A DNA stretch of 63,668 nucleotides, the filler included, from Octopus bimaculoides (Eukaryota): NCBI RefSeq assembly GCF_001194135.2. It is 4 parts of 4 records of this genome, joined end to end, with 100 filler letters (N's around TTAATTAATTAA, not from the genome) between each part and the next. Parts side by side here need not be neighbours in the genome. Positions count along the whole stretch, not along the records: positions 20,059 to 36,662 come from NC_068982.1; positions 36,763 to 58,738 come from NC_068994.1; 2 more parts are not named here. One strand, 5' to 3'. Below the pieces are notes generated by a model. It searched no databases. It had not been told where the DNA came from and was given only the letters and a program-made list of their open reading frames with translations. The position numbers were made by a program, and so were the translations under genes. Below are positions 26,845-40,421 of this stretch, piece by piece; positions within the stretch are counted from its first letter, which is position 1, and the number at the start of each line of letters is the position of its first letter.

Positions 26845-27600
26845 TTATTGATATTTTTTTCTGTTTATCACCAGTTTTGTTGGACCTCCTGGAATCTGGC
26901 ATGCGTAGCGGGATTACTACTTGTAGCCTACGGTACCATGCTATTCATTCTTTCCACCTATCTAATACATTCCTGATTATTCTGTCGGTGCCAAGGAGGC
27001 AAGTCTTTTGTAACAGTTCTACCGGCACTTTATTTCAATTTCCTTAATATTCCTCGTGATGCCTAAAGATACTGTTCTGAAGGACCCAACAATAATCTTC
27101 ACCTTATCAATTATCTATAGCTGGGCTATTTCGTACTTAACAGGAATGTATCCATCTATCTTTTCGCCTCCTTTCTTGACTTTTCGTGGGTCAACGGAGC
27201 ATGCAGCATCAACTATACGGTATATGTGGTGCACCTTGTCCAGCACAACTAGTTCCTGTCTGTTATTCTCTAGCACCTGATCGGTATGAATTGTGAAATC
27301 CCACAGGATTTTGCTAGTCTCCAACTCCGCCAGTCTGTGTGGTTTGTGCTCATGCCACGTATTGCCTCTCCCTAACCCCACTTATCACTATGTTTCTAAT
27401 GTAACACTTTCGTTACCTAGTCGTGTCGCCACAACTTGTAGTGGTTTTCAGCAAGTCTAGTGAGTCCGTTCTACCTGAATTTTCTGCATCTCTCCTAATC
27501 TACACACCAGCATTCCATTCAGATTACTGCTGGCTATACATATGGATTTCACTGGACTCTTCCGTTGATGAAATATCGCTCCAATACACCACGACGTTTG
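26845..27600 (-). mobile_element. R4/Dong-like non-LTR retrotransposon 3' fragment (RLE domain)
   Basis: LAENHYKLWRHD, KILWDFTIHTDQVLENNRQELVVLDK, IVDAACSVD, LLQKTCLLGT; 3' UTR ends in an AATAA-rich tail. Confidence 0.85.
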
Positions 27601-28387
27601 AACCTTCTCTGAACTTTTTGAACTCTCTGTTGTCTCTCACTCTGTTTTCTCTGAATCCGTACGGTGTTACTTTGCCTCCCTCTATCTCTCTCTTTCTTTC
27701 TTTCTCTCCCTCAACCTTTCTTTCCATTTCATCTCTTCTTCTTTCTCTTCTTTTTTTTTTCTTGTCCTCCTGCCTTTTGAATTGTTTGAACTGTTATATT
27801 CCGTACGCCATTACTTTGCTTTTCACTCTCCCCTTTTTTATTTCGCATTTTCAATCATGCCCGATTACAAATCTTTCCCCTCCACCTTCACAACCGCCTA
27901 AAGATACACCTTTTCACACATACTTTCCGTTGCATTCAACCTTCTATTAATCTTTCCCTACTAAAAGTTCGAAAAAAAATTTTAAAAAACAGTTCTTTAG
28001 CCACGTTTCATTTCTCAGTCGCTGCCATCACCACCACCACATCCCCAAAAGTGTCCGCCTCAATTTGCATCCCACCTTCCACTCTGCTTCATCTATCCTA
28101 CCCAACTATCCTACCCATAATACTTCCCACCGCCTTATTCGTGCTACCATTCGTTCCAATGTCCCCCAAAATACACACAAACGACCGCCTTCTACCTCTC
28201 GCTTATTCCACGTTTTTCTCCTCTCTTTTACGTTTTTATGCACACCCTACTCTAATCCATCTTAATCATCTCTTTCATGAATTTCTCGCACGCACTAAAC
28301 AACGTAAGCTCCACTCAATCCTCCATTCCGTCACACCTGCTTGTTCTTGATACATCTACTTTCGTCTTTTGTTTTTCTGTAAATTTC

Positions 28388-28424
<37 letters not shown>

Positions 28425-28862
28425 TACATACATACATACATACATACATACATANNNNNNNNNNNNNNNNNNNNNNNNNNNNNNNNNNNNNNNNNNNNNN
28501 NNNNNNNNNNNNNNNNNNNNNNNNNNNNNNNNNNNNNNNNNNNNNNNNNNNNNNNNNNNNNNNNNNNNNNNNNNNNNNNNNNNNNNNNNNNNNNNNNNNN
28601 NNNNNNNNNNNNNNNNNNNNNNNNNNNNNNNNNNNNNNNNNNNNNNNNNNNNNNNNNNNNNNNNNNNNNNNNNNNNNNNNNNNNNNNNNNNNNNNNNNNN
28701 NNNNNNNNNNNNNNNNNNNNNNNNNNNNNNNNNNNNNNNNNNNNNNNNNNNNNNNNNNNNNNNNNNNNNNNNNNNNNNNNNNNNNNNNNNNNNNNNNNNN
28801 NNNNNNNNNNNNNNNNNNNNNNNNNNNNNNNNNNNNNNNNNNNNNNNNNNNNNNNNNNNNNN

Positions 28863-29017
28863 TGAAATACAAGTACTACTGAATTTTACCAGCTGAGTGG
28901 ACTGGACCAACGAGAAATAAAATATCCTGCGCAAATATACAACGCGTCGCCGGGAATTGAATTCACGACCTTACAGTCGTGAGCCAAATGCCCTAACCAC
29001 TAAGCCACGCACCTTCA

Positions 29018-29018
<1 letters not shown>
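28863..29018 (-). mobile_element. tRNA-derived SINE, family C 5' half
   Basis: A box TGGCTTAGTGG, B-box-like GAATTCAATTCC; homologous to the head end of 35700-36048(-). Confidence 0.8.
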
Positions 29019-29056
<38 letters not shown>

Positions 29057-31034
29057 GCAGACATACATACGTACATGCAAACATACATACAGGCTGATAT
29101 AGCTTCTACTTGTCATTCCTCATTTCTAACGGAACAGATCTCTTACGAGCTCGTGACAATATTTTAGCAATTAAAGTTTATTGTCAGAAACGAATTTAAT
29201 TAGCAATATTTTCTTGCCACTAATAAGATTGATAGCATTACTGAATTTACACAATATTATTAGTTTTTCCTTTATGGATATTTTCTCACTATTTGTTTAA
29301 TTCCTACATTTTGTTTCATATTAGAGAGTGTCAATCCCTTTTGTTATATTTCTAAATGCTAATATTTCTCTAACATAAGAAAATAGTAGAAAATATAATA
29401 ATTAGGTATGATGCGTGCGTGAGTATATGTATGCCTGTGTGTACACTTGAGTGTATGTATGCCTGTGAGTATGCTTGAGTGTATGTGTTGCAACAAATTA
29501 CAGACATTAACGTATTCAAGGTTATCAAATTTACAAGCATCAGCTGCTATTATTGGCCTGTTTCAATATACAATGCAGCAATAATTTATTCAACCTTAAT
29601 ATAATAGGGCACAACCTAGATAACGTCTACTTCGGTGCAGCTTTTCCCACTAATTTCTAATTTAATGATTTACTGTGTTGTCATTAGACTACTAATACAT
29701 AGTGGAGGCCTGCTTGCCGCAATTTTTCGTTACTTGCCTTCTAAGTTCAAATCCTGTCTTGGCCTACATGGGAAGTGCACTGAACCGTTGACCGTTTTAA
29801 TATTAGCAGCTGGTACTAAAAGCACCTGGTAACGATGCACATCTTCAGCAGAGTCCACTCTTTTGTAGTCATTAAGTACAAGACTCTAGTTTGAGGAAAA
29901 TTCAACTCATCAATGAAGGATAGTTTTTAAAGGGTCAAACTAGAATCTACTTATTGCTTTGAAACTGATTAGATTTGAAGTTACGTTCATATTTACCTCT
30001 GACAAATAATTTAAAGATAGTCCGACTGTAATCGTCTAGTATTCTCGAATTATGTCTTTAGAGCTAAATTTTTTACCTTATCTTCCATATTCGCTGTGAT
30101 AAAAAAAAACGGAAGAATATTTGTGCTTATGATTATTGGTATTAATGCATGAAATTTTGTGTCGGGTTATTGTTGTGGTTTATAATGTTATATTTTTCTC
30201 TAATCAAATTCTCCCATGTCAAATTCGTCTGAACATTAAGGAAGGCATGCCCTTGTAGATCGACATTACATTTGACCGTCTCAGGTTTCTACTTACTCTA
30301 AACAAAATTTCCTCTTCACATTTAAAGCGGAACACATTTGTGTCTTACCATTATATTTAGTGTTAAGTGTTGTTTTCATGCGTTTATGTGAATATATTTG
30401 TGCGTAATAATATGTTCATCTGTCTCTATGTAACTGTTTCTGTTTCATACGCATGCATTATATACGTGTCTGATGTAATGAGTGTGTGGAGGCATATGTG
30501 TACATGTGTGTCTATTTGCATAAAATCTATGACTCATAAATATTTATGCTCTAAATTTCTTTGGAAATTACTTTATGTGACACGGTTTCTAAAGTATTGG
30601 CAATACCATGTCTAATTTGTTGAGATTCTCTGAGTATTCTGACGAAATCTTGGCACAAATATTATATTAAGCAGATATGTTACTATTATTGTCTGAAGAA
30701 TCACTTACTGCAAAGAATAAAATTGGGGTTACTAAAGGCAAGCAATGAGAGTTTAATATGGCTATAAAATGTAATTCTGAAATATCTATTTTATTGTTTT
30801 GTTATTCCCGTTAGCCTGCTAGGCTCTGTTCATATTTGAAATTAAATAAAGTGCAGGCATTTATTATAATGCATCATGAAATGTGGAAGATAACACTATC
30901 ATGATGTTGCACATGAGTAACTGGAATGGTAGCGGAAAAAAGTGAAGTAGTACCTGTAGATTCAGAAGATGCTAGACATATGAAATCACCGGTGATGTTT
31001 AATGTTCTGTCAATTGAAGCAAACTCATACTAAC

Positions 31035-31130
<96 letters not shown>

Positions 31131-31131
<1 letters not shown>

Positions 31132-32812
31132 TGGCGATAGCATGGACTACAGGAAAGCATATGACATGGTCTCACACTCGTGGATTATTGATTGCCTTAA
31201 AGCACTCTAGGTCTCTCATAATATCCAGAAGCTAATACAAAAATCAATGACAACGTGGCAAACTGAACACACAGTATGTGGAGATAATATGGGAGAGGTA
31301 AATACCAAAAGAGGAACCTTTCAAGGGGACAGTCTGTGGCCTCTCCTATTCGGGATGTCATAAAGCTATTCGCTAAGACTGAGAAATATATCGAGAGTTT
31401 GCCGGCTACCCTGCAGATGATAAGCAAAAATATTGGCAATAAATTTTGGATCGAGAAATGTGGTGCAATGATTTTCAAAACGGGGAAAATTAGTAAAAGT
31501 CATGGGATCAACCGGGAAAGGAAAGTCGGAGAGGAAGTATATAAGTACCTGGGTATCATTGAAAGAGATAAGATGAATGAACACAAAGTGAAAGAAATGT
31601 ACAAGAAAGCGTGTTTGAGGATAACTGGGGTTGTGCTCCAATCGAAGCTAAATGGCCACTATAATATTAGAGCAATTTATATGTTGGCAGTTGCTTTGAT
31701 GACATATGGGGCAGGAATAGTATCTTGGAAGAAGCATGAATTACAAGTGACAGACCGGAGAACACGTACATTAATAACAATGAACAAGGAACTACACAGC
31801 AGGACTGATGTGCCGAGATAGTATGTAAAGAGGATGGAGGATGGACGGAGATTTGTGTGGTATGAAGGTTGTGTAAGGGAACAGGATATTAGCCTGGCTT
31901 GGTATGTCAAGGGGAGTAAAGAAGAAATCATCGAAGCAGTGAAAATGCAGATAACCTTAAAAGCCGTAGATCCAACACAATATAAGGAAGACGAAAAAGA
32001 ATAAAATTTGGCATGCCAAGAAAATGCACAGTCAGTTCTTAAAGAAAAAAAGATGAGATTGATTGGAATAGAACCTGGCTGAGGGTGTAGAAAGGAGACT
32101 TAAAAGGGCCCACTGAGATATTAGTGTGTCGCGCTCATGAAAAAGCTCTCGGAGCAAACTACTCGAAATATCACATTGATAAAAGCACTGACTCGCCATA
32201 GTGTAGGATTTGCTTTGAGAAGAGTGAAAGTATAAGTCATATTGTTAGTGAGCGCTTTAAGCTCGCACGCGAGTATAAAATGAGACACGACAATGTGGCC
32301 AGATGTGTCCACTGACTGTTGTGCAGTAAAGCAAACCTCGAGAGAGTCGAACAATGGGATGAACACAAGCTAGAGAGAGTAATGGAAAACGAACATTACA
32401 GAGTACTCTGGGATTTCAACATAAAGATGAAAAAGAAGTAAAGATAATAGATGCTACAATACCAGCCGATTTGAGGTTGAAATATAAGGAAGCAGAAAAG
32501 ACTGAGAAATACCAGCCACTGCGGACCGAGATAGGCAAGTTATGGGGCATAAGAAAAGTAATGGTGATACCGGTGGGTAATGGGACATTAGGAGCAGTTT
32601 CCAAGGGATTTAAGAAATTTATAAAGATTATTGGAGCTGCTGTCAGGCTCGAGGCGGTCCAGAAGACAGCAGTGTTGCGTACAGCTTGCATTCTAAGGAG
32701 AGTATTGTCTCTTTGAACGACAGGAGAAGGAACTACTTGAAACCTTTGGAGATTTGTTGTTGCCTACTTTCAAGTAAAGAATAACCGGTCATTAAGAACT
32801 ATCCGAGAGGCT

Positions 32813-32813
<1 letters not shown>
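31131..32813 (+). mobile_element. R4/Dong-like non-LTR retrotransposon, 5'-truncated, decayed RT plus RLE
   Basis: [78 protein letters not shown]; 3' end abuts (TAA)n. Confidence 0.9.
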
Positions 32814-32872
<59 letters not shown>

Positions 32873-32873
<1 letters not shown>

Positions 32874-33227
32874 CAGCAGATGACAACGTTTCTCTAAAAG
32901 AAATGGAAAAACTTTCACAATACAAAGACCTGGAAATAGAGATAACTCGAATGTGGAATCTAAAAACAGAAACAATTCCTATCATAGTAGGTGCCTTAGG
33001 TATAATAAAAAAATATTCAGACAAATACATAACAAAAACACCAGGACATACAAATATATATAACATACAGACAATTGCACTACTGGGTACAGCACACATT
33101 CTACGCAAAACACTTTCAATACAGTAAACATAAGAGCAACACAGCAAACCACAGCACATACCCAAGGCGCACAGAGCTGCGCTCGGGTGTGAAGTGAAAG
33201 CACGTTATAAAAATAAAACTACTGAAC
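32873..33227 (+). mobile_element. Second R4-like family, RLE C-terminus and 3' UTR
   Basis: EKLSQYKDLEIEITRMWNLKTETIPIIVGALG...IQTIALLGTAHILRKTL; ends in AATAATAAT. Confidence 0.85.
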
Positions 33228-33240
33228 AATAATAATAATA

Positions 33241-33360
33241 ACACTTTCAATACAGTAACCATAAGAGCATCACAGCAAACCACAGCACATACCCAATGCA
33301 CAGAGAGCTGCGAGCGGTAGTGAAGTGAAAGCATGCTATAAAATATAAAACTACTGAACA
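33241..33360 (+). mobile_element. Diverged duplicate of the 3' end of the preceding element
   Basis: ACACTTTCAATACAGTAA...ACTACTGAACAATAAT repeats 33110-33230. Confidence 0.85.
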
Positions 33361-33374
33361 ATAATATTGGTTAA

Positions 33375-34003
33375 AAAGTGGGGGTGAAAGCGTATGGCAT
33401 ATTACCAGTCAATGTACGGTACTAGTCTAAAAACTATATAAGAGAAACATGACAGCATAACAAGGATTGTCCATTGGACATATTGCAACAAATATGTACT
33501 TCAAAGCGAAAAAGGTTGATACGAACACAAACCGGAAGGCAACATCGAAAATTATAATGCAAAAGTACTATGGGATTTTATGATTCAGTGCAATCATTAC
33601 ATAGACAATAGGAAACTAGGCATAGTGTTATTTGAGAAAGAAAGCAAACCATACTGGATCATAGATATAACATGTCTTGCTGATAAAAAGGTATACGAGA
33701 CGGGAGGAAAAAAAAGTCGATAGATATGACAGGTTAATTTGGAAGGTTAATCAGCTGTGGTCGCTGAAAAATGTGTTAGTAGTATCAATAATTGTGGGAG
33801 CCCTGGGCACAGTGAGTACATGGAACAAATAGGAGATGCAATAATGGTGGAGCACTTGCAGAAAGCAGCAATAATTGGAACTGCTCGAATACTCCTGATG
33901 GTGTTCGAAAAATGAGGAGTGTTACCTTAGTTCACTGGCAGTGAACAGCTGACACATTAGTACATCTCCAGCGTTAGGAGCTGTGCAAAGATAGTAAATT
34001 AAT
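33375..34003 (+). mobile_element. Third R4-like family 3' fragment (same family as 60105-62362)
   Basis: Colinear with 61715-62362 (GTATGGCATATTACC, TGGGATTTTATGATTCAGTG, GTGTTACCTTAGTTCACTGG). Confidence 0.85.
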
Positions 34004-34004
34004 A

Positions 34005-34552
34005 ATGCAGTGCCAGGCAGTGGCTCTCATGGCTTCTGATCTTGATTGATTGGAAGTGTTATCATGTACATTGTTTTGTATTGGTATGAAAGATGGGCTA
34101 CAGTAAATATTCTGCTTAATACCACAAATTTGATTGTCGAATGTTTCACCTTAACCAGTTGAGCATGTCCCTTGGTGGCTGGCGATATGTGCATCTCTGA
34201 TCATGAGCGGAAGTAGTGGCGGAGAATCATAGCCATGTGTTAAGAGGAATTCTTTGGGGTTTGAATAATTCACCTTTGGAAACATGAGTGCTTTGCTCAA
34301 CATCCTTAAACAAACCTTATTCTGGGACCTTTTGAGCGGGATGGGCTACTCGACCTGAAGAAAATTCTAACTCGGCCCCACCTGCGTGGTCATGCGCTGT
34401 TTATCTTGATATGAGATCACCATGTCGCGCACATATGGTTGTGATGCATGTGCCTGGTGTACCCTTATCAGACGGGTAGTCATGATGGGTATAATGGGCT
34501 TCGTATATTTTACCCCAGTGTCACTTTGATGGCGTGCACTGCTCTCTCACTC
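34005..34552 (+). mobile_element. Non-coding TAA-embedded element, near full-length (~550 bp)
   Basis: Starts ATGCAGTGCCAGGCAGTGGCTCTCATGG, ends CTCTCTCACTC plus (TAA)n; other copies at 2421, 50482 and 62465. Confidence 0.8.
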
Positions 34553-34616
<64 letters not shown>

Positions 34617-35322
34617 TAATAATAATAATGATAAAAATAAATAATAATTATTATTATTATTAGCACATCTAACTAGATGGATGACAGCTAGAGTAGACAT
34701 TGGCGATATTTGAAATCGAAACTGATAGAAACGAACGCAACGCCGCTCATTATTTTGTGAGACGCGCTAATAATTATAATAATAATAATAATATTGGTAT
34801 AAGCACTAACATTGATAAGAATATTGGACAATCTATTTTATTACAAAAATTTAGGACTCACAAATAATGTAAGTTATATTTTTATACTTTATAAAATAAT
34901 TTTATTTCTCGTGATTTTTATACATAACGTTAATGAAAAATAAAATTTTACATATTAAATAGGTATCGACTGAAATTATATGCAATCTTTTTTTCACATT
35001 AAGCTGGAAAGAGTCAGATAAAAAAATAAATAGTTTGCTCAAATTATTAATATTTAGAAATATATATTTAATTTCTGTGACAATTTTATTTTCCGAGACA
35101 AAACATTTTTTTGACAATTTGATATATTAACAAAAATATTTTATTTAGTTTTACATCTTTATATATATCTTACTACTTTTCACTAGCTGTTATTGCGTTA
35201 CTTTTCTCATTGACAGTGTGATGTATATGTTTTATTTTGGGAATTTATATTTATGACCGCTTTCATTGTCAGTTCTGCTGTGTGATTATATGATACAGAA
35301 TGATACACACATACATACATGC

Positions 35323-35401
<79 letters not shown>

Positions 35402-35699
35402 TGTGTGTGCGTGTGTTTGTGTGTATACATTTACCACACATACACATACATTTCTACATATATTCATGACTGTACATCTTGCTTCATATGCACACAACTC
35501 ACACTGATATAATTCTCAAATGTTTACTTATAAATTCTATAAATGTACTGAGTGCAATTTATTTTCGATTACATATATATGTTTGTGTATAAACGAAAAA
35601 AATATAGAAGTGTAAGGAATATGTTGTGCAAACATTAATTAAACCGTTTGTAATTCATTATTACACTACTAAAATTGTAACGCATGAATATCAATCACA

Positions 35700-36048
35700 T
35701 GTAATGGTTCAGATGCTGGCCAGGACTCCGGTACACCATCAGTTGCGACGACGAGGGTTCCATTTGAGCCGATTAACCGAACAGCCTTCTCCTGAAATTA
35801 ACGTGCGAGTGACTCAGGATGCCCCAACATGCGTACGCTTAACAAAGTTCTCAAGGAGATTCAGCGTGACACAGAATGTGAGAAGCCTGACTCTTAGAAA
35901 CATGAGTACAATCCATTTCTGACTGCTAATTGAACTGGAGCAACATGAAATAAAGTGTCTTGTTCAAATACATAACGCCGCTCCGCTGGAAATCGAACTT
36001 ACAACCGTGATCTGAGTACACTAACAACTACGCCACGCGTTTTCATTT
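35700..36048 (-). mobile_element. tRNA-derived SINE family C, near full length, diverged
   Basis: tRNA-like head at 35985-36048, homologous to 28863-29018; long 3' body. Confidence 0.7.
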
Positions 36049-36469
36049 CAGCTCCTTGTATGATACTTGATAACATATACATGAACATACATAGAGATTC
36101 ATTTTCATATGTGCACAAACACGAATACATAAATTAGACACAGATAACCTTTAAAGGCAAACACATAACGATATATACTCGATTCGTTAAAGACACCATA
36201 ACGCTGAAAGTTTATGTCTTGTGCTAGGCATTTTACATATTTCCATATCTGTCTCTGACTGGAACAATAAGGTTCGTAAATCGATTGTAATAGTTTCGAT
36301 AGATCAAAGCCTCATTTTCCAGAACCAAGAAAGGATTTGCGTCTGCATTTATTCTTACAAAATCAGAAATGTTTGTGTATTTACCTGCCAAAGCTTTTCG
36401 TACCCATTAGTGTCCCATTTTTGGTGGACAGTCATGCATCTGTATGTATGTATGTATGTATGTATGTAT

Positions 36470-36600
36470 GTATGTGTGGGTGTTTTTTTCAAAACATTGT
36501 CTGGTTTTAAAAGCCACATCAGACGCCATGAAAGGGCTAAGCTGTAGGTGCAGGAGGTAGTCAAACTCTGTGTAAGGAGTAGACAACCACCATATAACCA
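36470..36600 (+). mobile_element. Possible RTE-type LINE extreme 3' end
   Basis: FKTLSGFKSHIRRHERAKL* resembles the terminal zinc-finger-like motif of RTE ORFs; short UTR then microsatellite. Confidence 0.35.
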
Positions 36601-36762
36601 CCATGTATGTATGTATGTATGAACGTATATATGTATGAGTGTGTATATATGTATATATATATNNNNNNNNNNNNNNNNNNNNNNNNNNNNNNNNNNNNNN
36701 NNNNNNTTAATTAATTAANNNNNNNNNNNNNNNNNNNNNNNNNNNNNNNNNNNNNNNNNNNN

Positions 36763-36806
<44 letters not shown>

Positions 36807-37314
36807 TATACATATATATATATATACATATATACATATATACATATATACATATACATATATATACATATATATATATATGCATATATAAATATACATA
36901 AATATACATATATATGTATGTATTTATATATGGTCATATGTATATGTATATATATATATATTTGCTTCTCGTGTCTGTGTGCGTGTAAGCCTGACTGATT
37001 ACGTGTACTGCTGACATATGTGTGTATATGTGTGTCCGTGTGTGAATAAACAGAAAGACACACATACACGCATACACACATACACACATACAAGTACGCG
37101 CAAAAACACAACCAAAGGTTGTACAGTAGTAATAGACTGATAAAAATGTGACGTTTGAACGTTTTCCTCTACAATTATGCTTATATCGCTCGTAATTGAC
37201 TCCTATTTCCGTTATATACACACAGACATAATGCATACATGCATACATAATACATAGATACACACACACACACACATACATACATGCATACATACTACAT
37301 ACATATATACGTAC

Positions 37315-37347
<33 letters not shown>

Positions 37348-37500
37348 NNNNNNNNNNNNNNNNNNNNNNNNNNNNNNNNNNNNNNNNNNNNNNNNNNNNN
37401 NNNNNNNNNNNNNNNNNNNNNNNNNNNNNNNNNNNNNNNNNNNNNNNNNNNNNNNNNNNNNNNNNNNNNNNNNNNNNNNNNNNNNNNNNNATATATATAG

Positions 37501-37535
<35 letters not shown>

Positions 37536-38129
37536 CACAAACATGCATTTTGTTGTTCGGTGTTAGATTTCTTATACTAAACGAAATATGATGATTGAAG
37601 CGTCCTAGATTCAGTTACAAGATAAAATAAAATAAAAACTAGGGCATAAAATAATTATACGACACAGCTTGATTATTATGATCATCTGAAAAAGTTCAGA
37701 TTCTGTCCTCGCCAACGCTGCTAAAAATCGCTACATTACTTGTACAACGTAGAAATTGTTTCTGCAGCATCGTTTCAAAGATGGCACCAAGAAATTACTT
37801 GTCGCTAGACGAGGAGGTTAAAACGGAGAGAGTAATTCAATGTATTCTGCTGTTCTTGGGCTTCTTCCAGAAGTAAGTACCTTGCCTCATGTACAATCGC
37901 CACTCATGGATATGTCACAAAGGAAAGACAAGCCAATATGTTTGCAGAATCTATGGAGCCGCAGGTGGCGCCTAACATTGGTTTAGGGTCCCTCTCTTCG
38001 GATTTTCTGTAGGGTTTTAGCTCGTTAGCCCCTTTTTCAACGCTCAAGAAATTACTTCACAAGGCAGAAGAGGTTGTTTATTATTATAATGGTTATGGTT
38101 TTTGCAGACAAAGTCCTATTCTCTCATTC

Positions 38130-38450
38130 TTCCAACTTGTATTTGTTTGGAGCAACAAATACTACGAACCCAGGATGCAGAATTTAAATGGAATTGCCAT
38201 CCCTTAAATGAGCAGCTAAAGAGTTGAAGGACCTATGCTGAACTATTGAGGAATCTACAGCTACTCTATCCAGATTACAAGTTCAGGTTTATACCTGTAA
38301 TTATTGGGGCACTGAGATATGTTAAACACTGCCTAAATAACAATCTTGAGGAATAGGCTTCTCAAAATGAGTAGGGAGAAAGCTAATTTGAAGACTACAG
38401 ATCCAAGCCATCCCTGAAACTGTAAAAATCTGTAAAACTTTCTAGAAGTT
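38130..38450 (+). mobile_element. RLE-type non-LTR retrotransposon C-terminal remnant (family distinct from the R4-like copies)
   Basis: YAELLRNLQLLYPDYKFRFIPVIIGAL...LQIQAIPETVKICKTF, with stops and frameshifts. Confidence 0.65.
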
Positions 38451-38736
38451 TAACATTTAAATATATATGCACACCTCTAGATGTGCAATTATATGCATGA
38501 GAATGCATACATAAAACAAAATGTAAAAATCTGCACAAACCCATACATGCATACATACATACATACATACATACACAATGCATACACACATATAATATGT
38601 ATAATATATATCGCAGCCGCATGGCTGAAACGAATTAAAGAATATAAAAACATAATATAATATAATATAATATAATATAATATAATATAGTATAATAGGA
38701 TATAATATAATATAATATTACATATATGTTTATGTT

Positions 38737-38780
<44 letters not shown>

Positions 38781-40378
38781 AGTGCCACACTTTCCAAAAG
38801 AGAAAAAAAAGTATCATTGCAACATGTATATCAATTAAATTGCTACAATTGTCTGTTTAGCTCAAGGTCATCCCTAATTGAGTAGATCTACGACTAAGGA
38901 CGTCTCAGGCGTGATCATCACGTCAGATGTTTCAGATTACATATCAGTTTACATATTTCATAATGTTTCTTTACTTATTTCAAAAGCTGTAAAGTTTGAT
39001 TTAAGAAAGATTTCGCTACTGTTTTTAGCAGGACGAGCGACCTCGAATATATGCGCCATGGCTAAGCCACAAGGAATGACTTGGAAAAGGCTTACTGCTG
39101 TTTAGCATCGGTTTGTGATGGCGTCAATTACCACCGTAAGTATTAATTAGCGCTGTGCCTGTGCGAAGACCACAAATTACAAGGAATGCAGCTTTTAACA
39201 TTTGCCAGCGTATCCTTGTAGATCGATAATTACAGGTAAGATTGGGAATCTATAATCAAACGATGGTCATAGAAGTGATGGGTTTTGTAAGTGGCAGTTT
39301 CGTAAAATTCTCCTTGCATGTGTGTATGTATGTATTTATATAAGTTGCATGTATGTATGTATGTTGTGCATATCTATGTACGTATTTATGTATATATGTA
39401 TGCACGTATATATGTATGTGTATATATGTGTGAATGCACGTTTATATGTATGTATGTATGCATGTGTGTATGTGTGTGTCTTTGTATGTGTGTATGTGCG
39501 TGTATGTATGGTGTATGTATGTATGTACTTATATACGGACTATATGGACGTATGTACGTATATATGTTTGTGTATGCATGTGATTGTATGTATGTATGTA
39601 TGTAGGTTTATATGTATATACGTATATGTACGTATACANNNNNNNNNNNNNNNNNNNNNNNNNNNNNNNNNNNNNNNNNNNNNNNNNNNNNNNNNNNNNN
39701 NNNNNNNNNNNNNNNNNNNNNNNNNNNNNNNNNNNNNNNNNNNNNNNNNNNNNNNNNNNNNNNNNNNNNNNNNNNNNNNNNNNNNNNNNNNNNNNNNNNN
39801 NNNNNNNNNNNNNNNNNNNNNNNNNNNNNNNNNNNNNNNNNNNNNNNNNNNNNNNNNNNNNNNNNNNNNNNNNNNNNNNNNNNNNNNNNNNNNNNNNNNN
39901 NNNNNGTGTGCATGTATATGTGTGAATAGGCGTAAGCGTGAATGTATGTATATAAGTATATATGTATTATGTGTCTATGCATGTATCTGAATGCATGTGT
40001 ATATGTACATATTTACATATGTATAAACCCATGTTTGTATGCATGCATGTATGAATGTAGACATCTGTATGCATATAGCATTCTGTATATCTGATTTGGC
40101 AACTGTGTAATTTGACTTGAGAATGCATTCCGTATAAACGCATAGTGTTAAAAAGCTCAGAAAAATATCACTAGTGCACGAAAATGGCCTAGCTGTAAGA
40201 GTAGAACTGATGAATCTGGATTTCTGAGTCATTGCACATCATCAGTAGCAGGCATCCACGCTCAGACAAATTTAGCCTCTATTGATGTAGAAACTAGTGA
40301 TTAACAAACAACTGGTGTCACAAATAGTCGGCGTCCTGTTATTTTAATATGATGCTGCTAACGTTGCTAACTGCGTAT

Positions 40379-40421
<43 letters not shown>

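Noticed and set aside
28020-28360. C-rich segment possibly from a Penelope-like ORF
   Set aside because: No diagnostic RT or GIY-YIG motif visible; left unassigned.
28948-29018. tRNA gene-like sequences (also 4381-4440, 5959-6025, 53636-53730)
   Set aside because: A/B boxes are present but there is no complete cloverleaf, and each continues into a SINE body.
34005-34120. HDV-like ribozyme at the 5' end of the TAA-embedded element
   Set aside because: A weak P1-like pairing is possible, but I could not assemble P2/P3/P1.1 by eye; it needs a covariance search.
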